A DNA stretch of 64,000 nucleotides, taken from the NCBI GenBank assembly GCA_965217585.1, contig OZ244561.1:1696001-1760000 (forward strand), given 5' to 3'. The translations under genes and the position numbers were made by a program. This DNA is from Candidatus Latescibacterota bacterium. GTDB taxonomy: Bacteria; Latescibacterota; UBA2968; UBA8231. Positions within the stretch are counted from its first letter, which is position 1, and every line of letters begins with the position of its first letter. The notes under the pieces are model-generated. The model was not told the DNA's origin. It saw only the letters and a program-made list of their open reading frames with translations, and searched no databases. Positions 38,528 through 48,044 of this stretch are shown one piece after another.

Positions 38528-39661
38528 ATGCCCGACCTCAAAGCGGATATCGCCATCGTCGGCGCCGGCATCGTCGGCCTAGCCCACGCCCTTGCAGCCG
38601 CCAATCGCGGCCACCGCGTCGTCCTCTTCGAGCGCACTCCCCAAGCGCAAGGAGCATCTATCCGCAACTTCGGCATGATCTGGCCCATCGGCCAAGCCCC
38701 CGACAAAATCCACCAACGCGCCCTCGCCACCCGCCAAACCTGGCTCAATCTCGCCCCCAAAGCCGATATCTGGTTAGCTCAAACCGGCTCGCTGCACTTG
38801 GCTTATGCCAATGACGAATACGCCGTACTCACCGAATTCGCCGCCCTCGCTCCCGAGCTCGGCTATGATGTCGAACTGCTCGACGCAGCCGGCGTCCTCG
38901 CCCGCAGCCACGCCGTGCAGCCCGCTGGACTCCAAGGCGGCCTCTGGAGCGCGACCGAACTCTGCGTCGATCCCCGCCAAGCCATCGCCGCGCTGCCGGG
39001 CTACCTAGCGCACGAGTGCGGCGTAGCCCTCCGCTTCTCCACCCCAGTCCACCACATCGACCTGCCCCTGATCTACACGCCAACGGAGACCTGGTCCGTT
39101 GACCGCGCCATCGTCTGCAGCGGCACCGATTTTGAATCGCTCTACCCCCAAGTATTTGCCAGCAGCGGACTCTCCCGCTGCAAGCTGCAGATGATGCGTA
39201 CCGCGCCCCAGCCCGGCAACTGGCGTCTCGGCCCGATGCTCGCCGCCGGGTTGACCTTGCGCCACTACTCCGCCTTCAAGCAGTGCCAGACGCTGGCCGC
39301 CTACACCCAGCGCATCGCCGCCGAGCGCCCCGAATTCGACCAGTGGGGCATCCACGTCATGGCCTCGCAAAACGGTCTCGGCGAAATCGTCATCGGCGAC
39401 TCGCACGAATACGGCTGGGTAATAGATCCCTTCGACAAACCCGCAATCGACCAACTAATCCTCGACTATCTCCAAACCTTCCTCGCCGTGCCAGCGCTGC
39501 ACATTGCCCAGCGCTGGCACGGCATCTACGCCAAACACCCCGACCAAGCCGACTTTATCGCCGACCCCGCACCCGGCGTAAAAATCGTCAATGGCATCAG
39601 CGGTGCCGGCATGACCACCGCTTTCGGGCTGGCCGAGGAGGTCTTCGCCGAGTGGGAGTAA
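38528..39661 (+). CDS. FAD-dependent oxidoreductase, TIGR03364/HpnW-like
   Basis: GAGIVG, GASIRNFG, CKLQM, GDSHEY and GAGMT motifs in a phosphonate gene context. Confidence 0.85.
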   Translation: MPDLKADIAIVGAGIVGLAHALAAANRGHRVVLFERTPQAQGASIRNFGMIWPIGQAPDKIHQRALATRQTWLNLAPKADIWLAQTGSLHLAYANDEYAVLTEFAALAPELGYDVELLDAAGVLARSHAVQPAGLQGGLWSATELCVDPRQAIAALPGYLAHECGVALRFSTPVHHIDLPLIYTPTETWSVDRAIVCSGTDFESLYPQVFASSGLSRCKLQMMRTAPQPGNWRLGPMLAAGLTLRHYSAFKQCQTLAAYTQRIAAERPEFDQWGIHVMASQNGLGEIVIGDSHEYGWVIDPFDKPAIDQLILDYLQTFLAVPALHIAQRWHGIYAKHPDQADFIADPAPGVKIVNGISGAGMTTAFGLAEEVFAEWE

Positions 39662-39665
39662 GCCA

Positions 39666-40460
39666 ATGAGCCTCCGAGAGCGCGTCTATCACTTTATCGA
39701 GCCAGACTATGAGCCGGGGCGCTTCGTCGATGTGGCCATCATCGTCCTGATCTTGCTCAACATCGTCGCCCTGATCCTCGAAACCGTCGAGCCTATCTAC
39801 AACCTCAATCGCGCTGCCTTTGAACTTTTTGAGGATTGCTCGCTGACCGTGTTCGCGGTCGAGTACTTCGTGCGCCTGTGGGCTATTACCGCTAACCCTC
39901 GATTTTCGCGGCCCGTAATCGGGCGCATTCGCTTTGTCCTCACGCCCCTGGCCATCATTGACCTCATAGCCATCCTCCCCTTATTCCTGCCGCCCATGAG
40001 CGTGGACGCGCGCTTTGTCCGCGTGATACGCGTCCTGCGGATCTTCCGCGTCCTCAAGCTGGTGCGCTACTTCCGCGCCCTGCGCTTGCTCGGCCAAGTC
40101 ATCGCCGAGCGCAAAGAAGAGCTTGTTAGCATCTTCTTAGTGCTGCTGATCCTGTTGGCCCTCTCCTCGTCGCTGATGTACTTCGTCGAGCACGAGGAGC
40201 AGCCCGAGGTCTTTCCCAGCATCCCGGCCACCATGTGGTGGAGCATCGTCACCTTGACGACGGTCGGCTACGGCGACGCCTATCCGATCACCGCCCTCGG
40301 CCAGACTATCGCCGCCGTCATCGCCATCTTGGGGATCGGCATGTTCGCACTGCCGGCCGGCATTCTCGGCGCGGGATTTGTCGAGGCCCTAGCGGCAAAC
40401 CGGTCAGACGACCCAAAGCGCCGCTGCCCGCACTGCGGCGAGCGACTCGACGCGCATTAA
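39666..40460 (+). CDS. Voltage-gated K+ channel-type ion transporter
   Basis: S4 Arg repeats (RVIRVLRIFRVLKLVR), TTVGYGD filter and C-terminal CPHC. Confidence 0.92.
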   Translation: MSLRERVYHFIEPDYEPGRFVDVAIIVLILLNIVALILETVEPIYNLNRAAFELFEDCSLTVFAVEYFVRLWAITANPRFSRPVIGRIRFVLTPLAIIDLIAILPLFLPPMSVDARFVRVIRVLRIFRVLKLVRYFRALRLLGQVIAERKEELVSIFLVLLILLALSSSLMYFVEHEEQPEVFPSIPATMWWSIVTLTTVGYGDAYPITALGQTIAAVIAILGIGMFALPAGILGAGFVEALAANRSDDPKRRCPHCGERLDAH

Positions 40461-40494
40461 AAAAGCGGCCGAAGCCAAAGCCCCAGCCGCTTCT
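40381..40494 (+). repeat. Direct repeat copy 1 (K+ channel 3' end plus terminator)
   Basis: Aligns with 43879-43989 with scattered substitutions. Confidence 0.85.
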
Positions 40495-40784
40495 ACACGT
40501 GCCGCAGCTTGCCTTCGAGGTGTCCTTTAAGCATCTACATGGTAAGCCGCCCTAATCGAGTTGTCATCATGTTGTCATCAAAAATGAAGCGTTCCAGTAC
40601 TGCACGAATTGAGGCCGGAGCATAGCCCCCCATTGCCCCAAGCGACACGCGGATAGCAACTGCCAAAGACGGGAAAATCGGAAGCTGCTGGCGCAGATTT
40701 TTTTGTTGGTGGAGTTGCGAAGGTTTTCCCGGTCCTGTCGATCCTATACTTTTGAGCAGAAATTTAACACAAAAAGGATTTACG

Positions 40785-41570
40785 ATGCACGAACGAATAG
40801 CGAAGATATTGTCGACTGCACATGAAAATCCGTCCCGGATTCGACCCACGGAGCTTTACAACGAAGGCTGGATGCTACGGTTGTTGCTCGACTGGGTTGA
40901 AGCCCAGGCTGAATCTAACCACAAACTGTCGTTAAGTTGCGGTGCCCGCTGGTATTCGGAGGCACTCCTGCCATCGCAATTCAAAGGCTATCGTGGACTC
41001 GGTGAGGGCTGGACGAGCGCCGATGGCGTCGTCGGGCACTTCGACATCGGCTGTCGTCACAAGGGAGCCCTTATGCTTGCAGCGGATGCATCCCAGTTCG
41101 TCGTCATTGAGGCCAAGATGTTTAGCCCCCTATCCTCGGGCACGAAAAACGCGCCTGATTACAACCAAGCTGCAAGGAACGTCGCCTGCATTGCCCAGGT
41201 GTTGAAAGAGGCACAGCGCACACCGGACTTGATGAAGTCTGCTTTGGCGTTCTATGTCGTTGCACCCCAAGAACAGATCGAAGGTGACATATTCCGCGAT
41301 GAGGGGAAGGATATCGTCGAACGCGAGGCTATCCGCAGGTGCGTCGAGCAGCGTGTGGAGTCCTATAAGGGGCGGGATGCCACCTCTAAGCGGACTTGGT
41401 TCGAGGAGTGGTTCATGCCGACCATAGAAGTCATCAAGCTTGAGCTGCTGTCTTGGGAGGATTTGATTCGTCCCGCAGGGAGCGAATACGAGAAGTTCTA
41501 CCAGCGATGTCGGAAGTTCAACAAGCCAGGATCCCCCCGTAGCTCAATCGGTAACCAATCGACTCGCTGA
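40785..41570 (+). CDS. Hypothetical protein, PD-(D/E)XK nuclease-like
   Basis: ADG...VVIEAK motif. The start may be further upstream (40752). Confidence 0.55.
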   Translation: MHERIAKILSTAHENPSRIRPTELYNEGWMLRLLLDWVEAQAESNHKLSLSCGARWYSEALLPSQFKGYRGLGEGWTSADGVVGHFDIGCRHKGALMLAADASQFVVIEAKMFSPLSSGTKNAPDYNQAARNVACIAQVLKEAQRTPDLMKSALAFYVVAPQEQIEGDIFRDEGKDIVEREAIRRCVEQRVESYKGRDATSKRTWFEEWFMPTIEVIKLELLSWEDLIRPAGSEYEKFYQRCRKFNKPGSPRSSIGNQSTR

Positions 41571-41586
41571 TAACGAAAAGCTGCAA

Positions 41587-42018
41587 TTACTCGCAACAAC
41601 CACACTGTTGATGGGAGGACGGGTATCCCACGATTTCCCGATGCCTTGAAAAGATTTCATTCCAATTGAATCTTGATCTTTCTTCAGATACATGCCTCCT
41701 AGCTGCTTGTATCAACTCCTCTCTGCAGGCATCTTCTCCGGCTACATCCGCTGGATTCCATCCCCTTTTAAGCCTCATATTGCAGGTCGGGCAACTAAGA
41801 GCATAGTTTTTAATGTCGTCCTGACCATTAGCCCTTCGCGGGATGATATGATCGTTTTGCATTGAAAGATAGTCGTTCTGTGAGGCCAGCATATCTTTGT
41901 CGCAATACTCGCATTTATATCCAGCTCTCTCGCAAACCGTGGCCCACTCTTCGCCCCAGCTTTGGCCCGGATAAATTTCACGGGCAACTTGGTCAATAAC
42001 GTCCTGTCTTATACTCAT
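41587..42018 (-). CDS. HNH endonuclease
   Basis: CEYC...DHIIPR...NYALSCPTCN motif. Confidence 0.88.
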   Translation of the reverse strand: MSIRQDVIDQVAREIYPGQSWGEEWATVCERAGYKCEYCDKDMLASQNDYLSMQNDHIIPRRANGQDDIKNYALSCPTCNMRLKRGWNPADVAGEDACREELIQAARRHVSEERSRFNWNEIFSRHREIVGYPSSHQQCGCCE

Positions 42019-42097
42019 AAGGCATTCTCCTTTCGATTATGCCGTTTAAGTTGCCGCTCCGCACTGGCACGTATTTTCGGACTACCGACAAGCCCGA

Positions 42098-42694
42098 TTA
42101 TAGCTTTTTGAGTTCGGGTTGGTTGCCGGGTCCTTGGTCGGTAATTTGATAAAACTTGAACTTAAATCCCCTTTCTCCCCTTTCTTCGTCATCGAAATAA
42201 GCAACCAGCAGGTAGGTGTCCCCCTCTGTGCCGTTAAATGCGCCGACAAGTTCGCATAGCCGATCTTTATATTTCTGATCCCAGTCACATCTGGCACGTT
42301 GGAGTCCCTTTGCGTAATACACCATTACCCGAACTTTCGCCCTTGCGAGCAGTAGCTTCTGAAAATCCTCCTCAATTTTTTTAAGATCGCCCCATTCGCT
42401 CTCCGCGACCATTGGGAAAGAAATTATCCGACCGCAATCGTCTAATTTCCACCAGCTAGCGTCATAGAGTTTTTCATATCCATTACCATATTTGTCAGGG
42501 ACACGATTGGGTTTTCGGCCCGCTGCCCATGGCTTGTATTTTAACTCCTTACCGAGTTTGCAAAGGGTAGTGAGTATTTCTTTAGTCCATGGCCCACTGT
42601 CTCCGGGCCTTTGGGCGGGGTCTCGTTGCAGTATCTCTTCTTCCAGTTTTTTGAATTCGGCAACAATTTTGTTCACTATGCAGTCCGGGGTCAT
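42098..42694 (-). CDS. Hypothetical protein, restriction-endonuclease-like
   Basis: YDASW...VAESEW...DFQKLL pattern, with GAGGAG RBS before the ATG at 42694. Confidence 0.55.
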   Translation of the reverse strand: MTPDCIVNKIVAEFKKLEEEILQRDPAQRPGDSGPWTKEILTTLCKLGKELKYKPWAAGRKPNRVPDKYGNGYEKLYDASWWKLDDCGRIISFPMVAESEWGDLKKIEEDFQKLLLARAKVRVMVYYAKGLQRARCDWDQKYKDRLCELVGAFNGTEGDTYLLVAYFDDEERGERGFKFKFYQITDQGPGNQPELKKL

Positions 42695-42726
42695 TGTTTT
42701 CTCCTCGATTATGCCGTTTAAGTTGT

Positions 42727-42833
42727 CGCCACATGCCACTCATGTGGTCGGTCATCCTTGAGCACGTGTAATATGGCGCAGATTTTTTGTTGTCAAGGTC
42801 GCGGAGGTCGAGGCGACCGTAAATTAACGATAA
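42727..42833 (-). repeat. ~107-bp intergenic leader repeat, copy 1
   Basis: Aligns with 43687-43794 and contains two hairpins and TTGACA. Confidence 0.85.
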
Positions 42834-42847
42834 GCCCGCTTATTTTT

Positions 42848-43666
42848 TTAGCTTCGGAAAAAGTCGTCCAAATCGGAAAACCATTGTCGGAGAAAGTGGG
42901 CAAGGGTGGGCAGCATAGTCCTTTCAAATCGTTGCCATCGCCCATCTCGGGCAGAGGGGTGAGGACATTGGAGCACCGGAACAAGTTGATTTTCATTCTT
43001 CCAATACCTTAAATACTCCTTTACCTGTGTACAAATCCACGATCCTACGTCTGCATCTTCCCACGTCAAGCTAGGCATATATCCCCGAATCTTCTCCTCG
43101 TCAATTTCCCGATATTCCAATAGATCCCTCGCCTTTGCCCCCTGAGTCACGACGAGTTCAGGATTTAACTCCTTCAGTTCGGCAAGTCCATGGTCCCTAC
43201 AGTTTTTGTATAGCTTGTCCGGGACGCTCTTCATAGATTTATCCTTCCCCGAACATTTCGCACTGTTGGTCATTGCAAATCGCTTTAGAAGATCGCTCTC
43301 TGGTTTGCACCCGTAGAGGTGCCATAGAGTCTTTATCGTTCCCTTCATATGTTGATTCGTACACTTTTCATCATAAGTTACCGCTTGGATAATCTTTCGG
43401 CGTTTTAAAAGGGCTTCACCAAACTCTCTTTCACGGCCCCCGGTATCGAGTGAGACGACGACCAGACGTATTGGATCGCCGTACTTCTCGCCAACGTGTG
43501 CCTCAGCTCCCTTACATAGGCTTCTACCCTCGGCCTTGGCTACTGCTTCACAGCAAGCAAAGTGATCGCAGTCAAATGTAATCCTACTTCTGCTGACTCC
43601 AATCTTCCGGGAATCATATAGTTCTCTCAATTTACAGACATACATCTGGGAATCATTCATATCCAT
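42848..43666 (-). CDS. Uracil-DNA-glycosylase-superfamily-like protein
   Basis: TNSAKC, PELVVTQG and CPHPS motifs. Confidence 0.6.
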   Translation of the reverse strand: MDMNDSQMYVCKLRELYDSRKIGVSRSRITFDCDHFACCEAVAKAEGRSLCKGAEAHVGEKYGDPIRLVVVSLDTGGREREFGEALLKRRKIIQAVTYDEKCTNQHMKGTIKTLWHLYGCKPESDLLKRFAMTNSAKCSGKDKSMKSVPDKLYKNCRDHGLAELKELNPELVVTQGAKARDLLEYREIDEEKIRGYMPSLTWEDADVGSWICTQVKEYLRYWKNENQLVPVLQCPHPSARDGRWQRFERTMLPTLAHFLRQWFSDLDDFFRS

Positions 43667-43686
43667 CCCCTAGGCTGTTATGGTTC

Positions 43687-43794
43687 CGCCGCATGCCACT
43701 CATGCGGTCGGTTTTCCATGAACTCGTGTACTCTGGCGCAGATTCTTTTGTTGTCAAGGTCGCAGAGGTCGAGGCGACCGGAGATTAACGATAA
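43687..43794 (-). repeat. ~107-bp intergenic leader repeat, copy 2
   Basis: Aligns with 42727-42833. Confidence 0.85.
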
Positions 43795-43878
43795 AAATTG
43801 ACTAGTATCCGGGCATCTCGGTACCACCGGGCTCTCACCTTCGCGGTGGTCGCTCTAGTTGGAAGCCGTGGTCTAGGA

Positions 43879-43989
43879 TCAAGGCCCTAGCGGCTTACCG
43901 ATCAGAAGACTCGGAGCGCCGCTGCCCGCACTGCGGCGAGCCGCTCGACGAATAAAAAAGCGGCCGAGGCAAAAGCCCCGGCCGCTTCT
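43879..43989 (+). repeat. Direct repeat copy 2 (orphan K+ channel 3' end plus terminator)
   Basis: Translates KALAAYRSEDSERRCPHCGEPLDE*, followed by an AAGCGGCCG/CGGCCGCTT hairpin. Confidence 0.85.
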
Positions 43990-44031
43990 CGTTAGCTGTA
44001 ATCAGGCGTTACCAGCGCATCGTCCCGAATT

Positions 44032-44226
44032 TTAGAAAAACGCGATTTTGACCAGCAGCGCCAAAACGACGGGACCGTATCCAAACTTGAGCAACGCCAA
44101 ATCGCGCTCAATTTTGTCAAAGTGATCGTTGGAGCTGGCTTTCAACTCGTCAATGCTCACTTTCAACTCGTCCAAGTCCTCTTTAGTGGCTAGCCGCTTC
44201 TCTTCTCGCATTTTTTGCCCACTCAA
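44032..44226 (-). CDS. Small coiled-coil protein with C-terminal TM (DUF1640-like)
   Basis: LATKEDL motif, heptads and a hydrophobic C-terminus. Confidence 0.6.
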   Translation of the reverse strand: MSGQKMREEKRLATKEDLDELKVSIDELKASSNDHFDKIERDLALLKFGYGPVVLALLVKIAFF

Positions 44227-45248
44227 TCGAGCGGCAGTTCCACCCGCCGCCCTTCGGCCATGCTGATCTGCACGGCCTCGGTAAATTCCATGTACTTAAC
44301 CCCGTCGGCGAAGCTGGTGTGGGCCACGGGCCGACCGTCGCGGATGGCATCGACAAAGTCCTCTTCCACCTGCCAGCCGTCGCGCGGATGCTCGGGGATG
44401 TCGAAGGACTGGTACTCGTCGTCGCCCTCGCCAGCTATCCATATCCCATTCTCGTCCATCTTAAACGAGCCTTTGGTTCCGTAAAAGGCAAAGCCAAAGG
44501 AAGGCCCTAAGCGCACGACGCTGCTCAGGTGATAGACCGCGGTCGCGCCGCTTTCCAACTCGGCGACGATGCCCAAGCTCTCCGGCACATCGGCCGCTGT
44601 TCTCTCCCCGGTCTCCTCGTCGAGCCGCTCGGTCGTAAACGTCTTGCCGTAGGCCAGCACGGCCTTCTCGTGCCCGGCATAGCGGCGCACCGTCTCGTTG
44701 CCAATGCCCATCGCCATGATATTGTTGCCCGATAGCTCGCGGCGCTGCCGCCAGTGCAGTGGCGCGTCCGGGTCGTAGCCGCCGGAGAGGCCAGCGAAGT
44801 GAATTTCCAACAAGTCGCCGAAAAAACCGCTGTGCAGCTTGTCGAGCAAGAGCGGCTCGGCCGACAAATAGAAGGGGGCCGGCACGATCATTGCCACCTT
44901 GTCGGTCTGCTGCGAGGCGGCGTACATCTGCCGCGCCTCGGCCAAATTCATGCACATCCGCGCCTCGGTCAGCACGTGCTTGCCCGCTTCGAGCCCGGCC
45001 AGCGTCATCGGACAGTGCATATAGGGCCAAGTGCCGATGCAGATCGCATCGACATCGTCGCTTGCAATCAGCGCCCGCCAGTCTTCGAATACCTGCGGGA
45101 TCCCGTACTCGTCGGCGATCCTTTGGCCCGATTCGCGCGAGCGATTGCAGACAGCGGTTATTTCGACTCCGTCAATACCTTGAAAACCGGGAATGTGCTG
45201 TAGGCGGGTATTGGCCCCCGCGCCGATTAGGCCGATGCGAAGCGTCAT
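44223..45248 (-). CDS. Gfo/Idh/MocA family oxidoreductase
   Basis: IGLIGAG and AGKHVLTEAR motifs. Confidence 0.9.
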   Translation of the reverse strand: MTLRIGLIGAGANTRLQHIPGFQGIDGVEITAVCNRSRESGQRIADEYGIPQVFEDWRALIASDDVDAICIGTWPYMHCPMTLAGLEAGKHVLTEARMCMNLAEARQMYAASQQTDKVAMIVPAPFYLSAEPLLLDKLHSGFFGDLLEIHFAGLSGGYDPDAPLHWRQRRELSGNNIMAMGIGNETVRRYAGHEKAVLAYGKTFTTERLDEETGERTAADVPESLGIVAELESGATAVYHLSSVVRLGPSFGFAFYGTKGSFKMDENGIWIAGEGDDEYQSFDIPEHPRDGWQVEEDFVDAIRDGRPVAHTSFADGVKYMEFTEAVQISMAEGRRVELPLD

Positions 45249-45324
45249 AGCAGGTTTCCTCCTATGGGTTTGTCGTCCTATCGTGGATTGGAACGGCCTA
45301 AGCTAGCCGCCCCCCTCGCGCCTG

Positions 45325-46785
45325 TCAACGCCACTCATAGAGCGACTTCCGCGCTAGCCGGTAATCATCGGCGGGCCGGTCAATCGCCGTCGCCCCGCCC
45401 GAGGCCACCTCGATTAGGCGCGCACACACCGGTTCATACGCAGCCCTAGGAGCCACCGCCCCCTTAGCCACCAAGATCCGCTGGTGCTCGGGCTGGATCC
45501 CCGCACAGGTAATCTGGTGGATGCTGTTGGGACAAGCGCGCTCGCTGTTGAGCAAAAGCAACCCTTTGCGTCCGGCCCGCTCGACCTGTACAACCGCGGT
45601 CGGCCCCTGGCTAAAATAGCGTCCCCCACCGTGCCGACGCTCGCGCTCTTCGTACGACCCGTCGTGCAGCGTCCGCACCCGGCCGGCAATTTCCAAGGTC
45701 GGCCCGTGCATGTCGTCGGTCTTACCGCCCACGCGGAGCTGTACCTGTCCGCCGACACCGGAGGCAAAGCACGCCTGCACGCTTTCGACATCCCAGATCG
45801 ACACAACCCAGCCGTCCGCCTCCTGCGCGAGCAATTGCTCCAACACAAACGTCGAATCCCCGGACGAGCCGCCGCCGATGTTGTCGCCCATGTCGAGCAG
45901 GCACACGGGCATCTCCGCGCTCTCCACAGCCAACCTTACGGCCTCGGCCGGATCGGGCACCGCGGGCTTTAGCTGGTCGCGGCTGGCCCACATCTGCTCG
46001 CCCAACCGCTCGGCCTCGCGCTGCGCCCTTTCTTCGTCGCCATCGGCAATCACCACCACCGACGGCCCCATATAGGGCACATCCGCGTACTGGTAGCCCC
46101 CGGCGATGCTACACCCGAGAATCCCCGCTGCGGACTCTAACTCAATCGCCGCCTGCATCAGCGGCTGCATGGGCGCGACGCTCGTGTTGTGGAAGTAGAT
46201 ATTGAAAAGCACCTCTGGTTTGACCAACGCCATCTTGGGCTGGACCTCGCCGCGAATCTGCCGCGTCAGGATGGACGCGGCCTGCAAGCCTCGTTCCCGC
46301 TGGTCGATGTGGGGATTGGTCTTGTAGATGATCAAGGAGTCGGCCGCAGCCACCAGTTCCGGGGGCACGTTGGCGTGGTAGTCGTGAGTCACGGCGATGG
46401 GCAAGTCGCCCACCAGCGCGCGTACCCGGCGCACGGTCTCTCCGTCGGCTTGGGGGAACCCCTCGGCGACCATGGCTCCGTGCAGCGCCAACAACACCCC
46501 GTCGAGCTTGGGGGCTGCCTCCAGTCCGCTGAGGATGCGCCCGACAAAGTGCTCGTATGTGGCCTCGGTCACCGGGCCGCCCGGAGTCGCCGACGTCGCC
46601 AAGAGCGGATATAGTTCATAGCCGAACTGCTCGGCCCCGGCGATGTAGCCGGCAATCTCGTGGAAGGTTCCCGCGTACTGGCCGATCACATCCGCGCCTT
46701 CGCAGACCCCGAAATCCGCCAATCGCGTCGGCTGCGAATAGAACGAATTCGACTCGTGAGAAAAACCTGCTGTTGCAATGCGCAT
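45325..46785 (-). CDS. MlrC-family (M81) metallopeptidase
   Basis: HESNSF, LHGAM, D.HAN, PHID and DNIGGG motifs. Confidence 0.9.
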   Translation of the reverse strand: MRIATAGFSHESNSFYSQPTRLADFGVCEGADVIGQYAGTFHEIAGYIAGAEQFGYELYPLLATSATPGGPVTEATYEHFVGRILSGLEAAPKLDGVLLALHGAMVAEGFPQADGETVRRVRALVGDLPIAVTHDYHANVPPELVAAADSLIIYKTNPHIDQRERGLQAASILTRQIRGEVQPKMALVKPEVLFNIYFHNTSVAPMQPLMQAAIELESAAGILGCSIAGGYQYADVPYMGPSVVVIADGDEERAQREAERLGEQMWASRDQLKPAVPDPAEAVRLAVESAEMPVCLLDMGDNIGGGSSGDSTFVLEQLLAQEADGWVVSIWDVESVQACFASGVGGQVQLRVGGKTDDMHGPTLEIAGRVRTLHDGSYEERERRHGGGRYFSQGPTAVVQVERAGRKGLLLLNSERACPNSIHQITCAGIQPEHQRILVAKGAVAPRAAYEPVCARLIEVASGGATAIDRPADDYRLARKSLYEWR

Positions 46786-46865
46786 TCGATATCACCTTTC
46801 TGGCGAACAGATCGCTCCGTCGCCTCGCTTGCGGTAGAATATAGTGTTATCTTTCCCAAACGCTT

Positions 46866-47936
46866 ATGAACCGTTGGCAAAAGATATTCACCTATAAAAA
46901 GACCAAGCGCCTGACGCAAATGGTCGCCTGCGGCGGCTGAGCCTCCAAGCTGCGCCCCGATCAGTTGCGGCGCGCCCTGGCAGGTCTGCCAGAAAACAGT
47001 GATCCCAACCTGCTCGTCGGCTTCAACCTCGCCGACGATGCCGGCGTCTATCGCCTCAGCGACAGTGAAGCCCTCGTGCAGACCGTCGATTTCTTCACCC
47101 CCATCGTCGACGATCCCTACACCTTCGGGGCCATCGCCGCGGCCAACTCGCTCAGCGACGTGTACGCCATGGGTGGCAAGCCTCTCACCGCGCTCAACAT
47201 CGCGGGTTTTCCCGCCAACGAGCTTGATCCAGAGGTCCTCAACCAGATCCTCCTCGGCGGTCAGTCCAAGGCCGATGAGGCCGGCTGCACCCTCGTCGGC
47301 GGCCACACCGTGCAAGACCCAGAGCTCAAGTACGGCCTCGCCGTCACCGGCCTCGTCCACCCCGACCGCATCTACACCAATGCCGGTGCCCAGCCCGGCG
47401 ACCGCCTCATCCTCAGCAAGAAACTGGGCACCGGGCTGATCGCCAACGCTTTCAAGGCCGGTCACCTCGCCGAGGCCGACCTAGCCGAGGCCGTGGAATC
47501 CATGCTCGCGCTCAATAAGGCCGCCGCCGAAACCCTGCCAGACTTCGCCGTCCACGCCGTCACCGACGTCACCGGCTTCGGCCTTTTGGGACACGCCGCG
47601 GAAATGGCCGAGGGCAGCCAAGCGGGGATGATTTTTTACGCGGCTCAAGTTCCGGCCCTAGCGCACAGCCTAGCACTGGCCGCCAAGGGCCTCGAAGGCG
47701 GCTCTCGCGACAACCAGCGTTTCTTGGAATCCAAAATCGCCGTCGCCGATGGCGTCGATCCAGCCCGCGACAATCTCCTCTTCGACGCCCAGACCTCCGG
47801 CGGCCTCCTCATCGCCGTAGCCGCCGCCGCCGCCGAAGCCCTCCTCCACGCCCTCCGCCAAAACGGAGTAGAGGCCGCCGCGCTCGTCGGCGAGGTCACC
47901 GGGGAAAACCCCGGCCGCATCCTCATCGAGCCGTGA
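46866..47936 (+). CDS. selD: Selenide, water dikinase, selenocysteine-containing
   Basis: RLTQMVACGG-UGA(46938-46940)-ASKL is in frame with DDAGVY, TVDFFTP, GGHT, TDVTGFGLLGH and QTSGGLL. Confidence 0.95.
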
Positions 47937-47961
47937 TCTCACCCGCGCCAAACCTTCGTCG

Positions 47962-48016
47962 CACCCGTCCTCCGTAGCAGCGCTACTGCGGAGGGCGGAC
48001 GCCCGAACCTGCGCCA
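47962..48016 (+). repeat. 55-bp palindromic repeat, copy 1
   Basis: CCGTCCTCCGTAGCAGCGCTACTGCGGAGGGCGG palindrome, with a second copy at 57186-57240. Confidence 0.75.
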
Positions 48017-48044
48017 ACGCCCCAATAGGAGACAGAGGATTGCG

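Noticed and set aside
40762-40789. dif/pdif-like site (ATTTAACACAA resembles a XerD arm)
   Set aside because: The opposite arm matches XerC poorly, so this is probably chance in AT-rich DNA.
42727-43794. Canonical integron attC sites
   Set aside because: I could not find the RYYYAAC...GTTRRRY palindromic layout, and no integrase is in the window. Kept only as non-canonical repeats.
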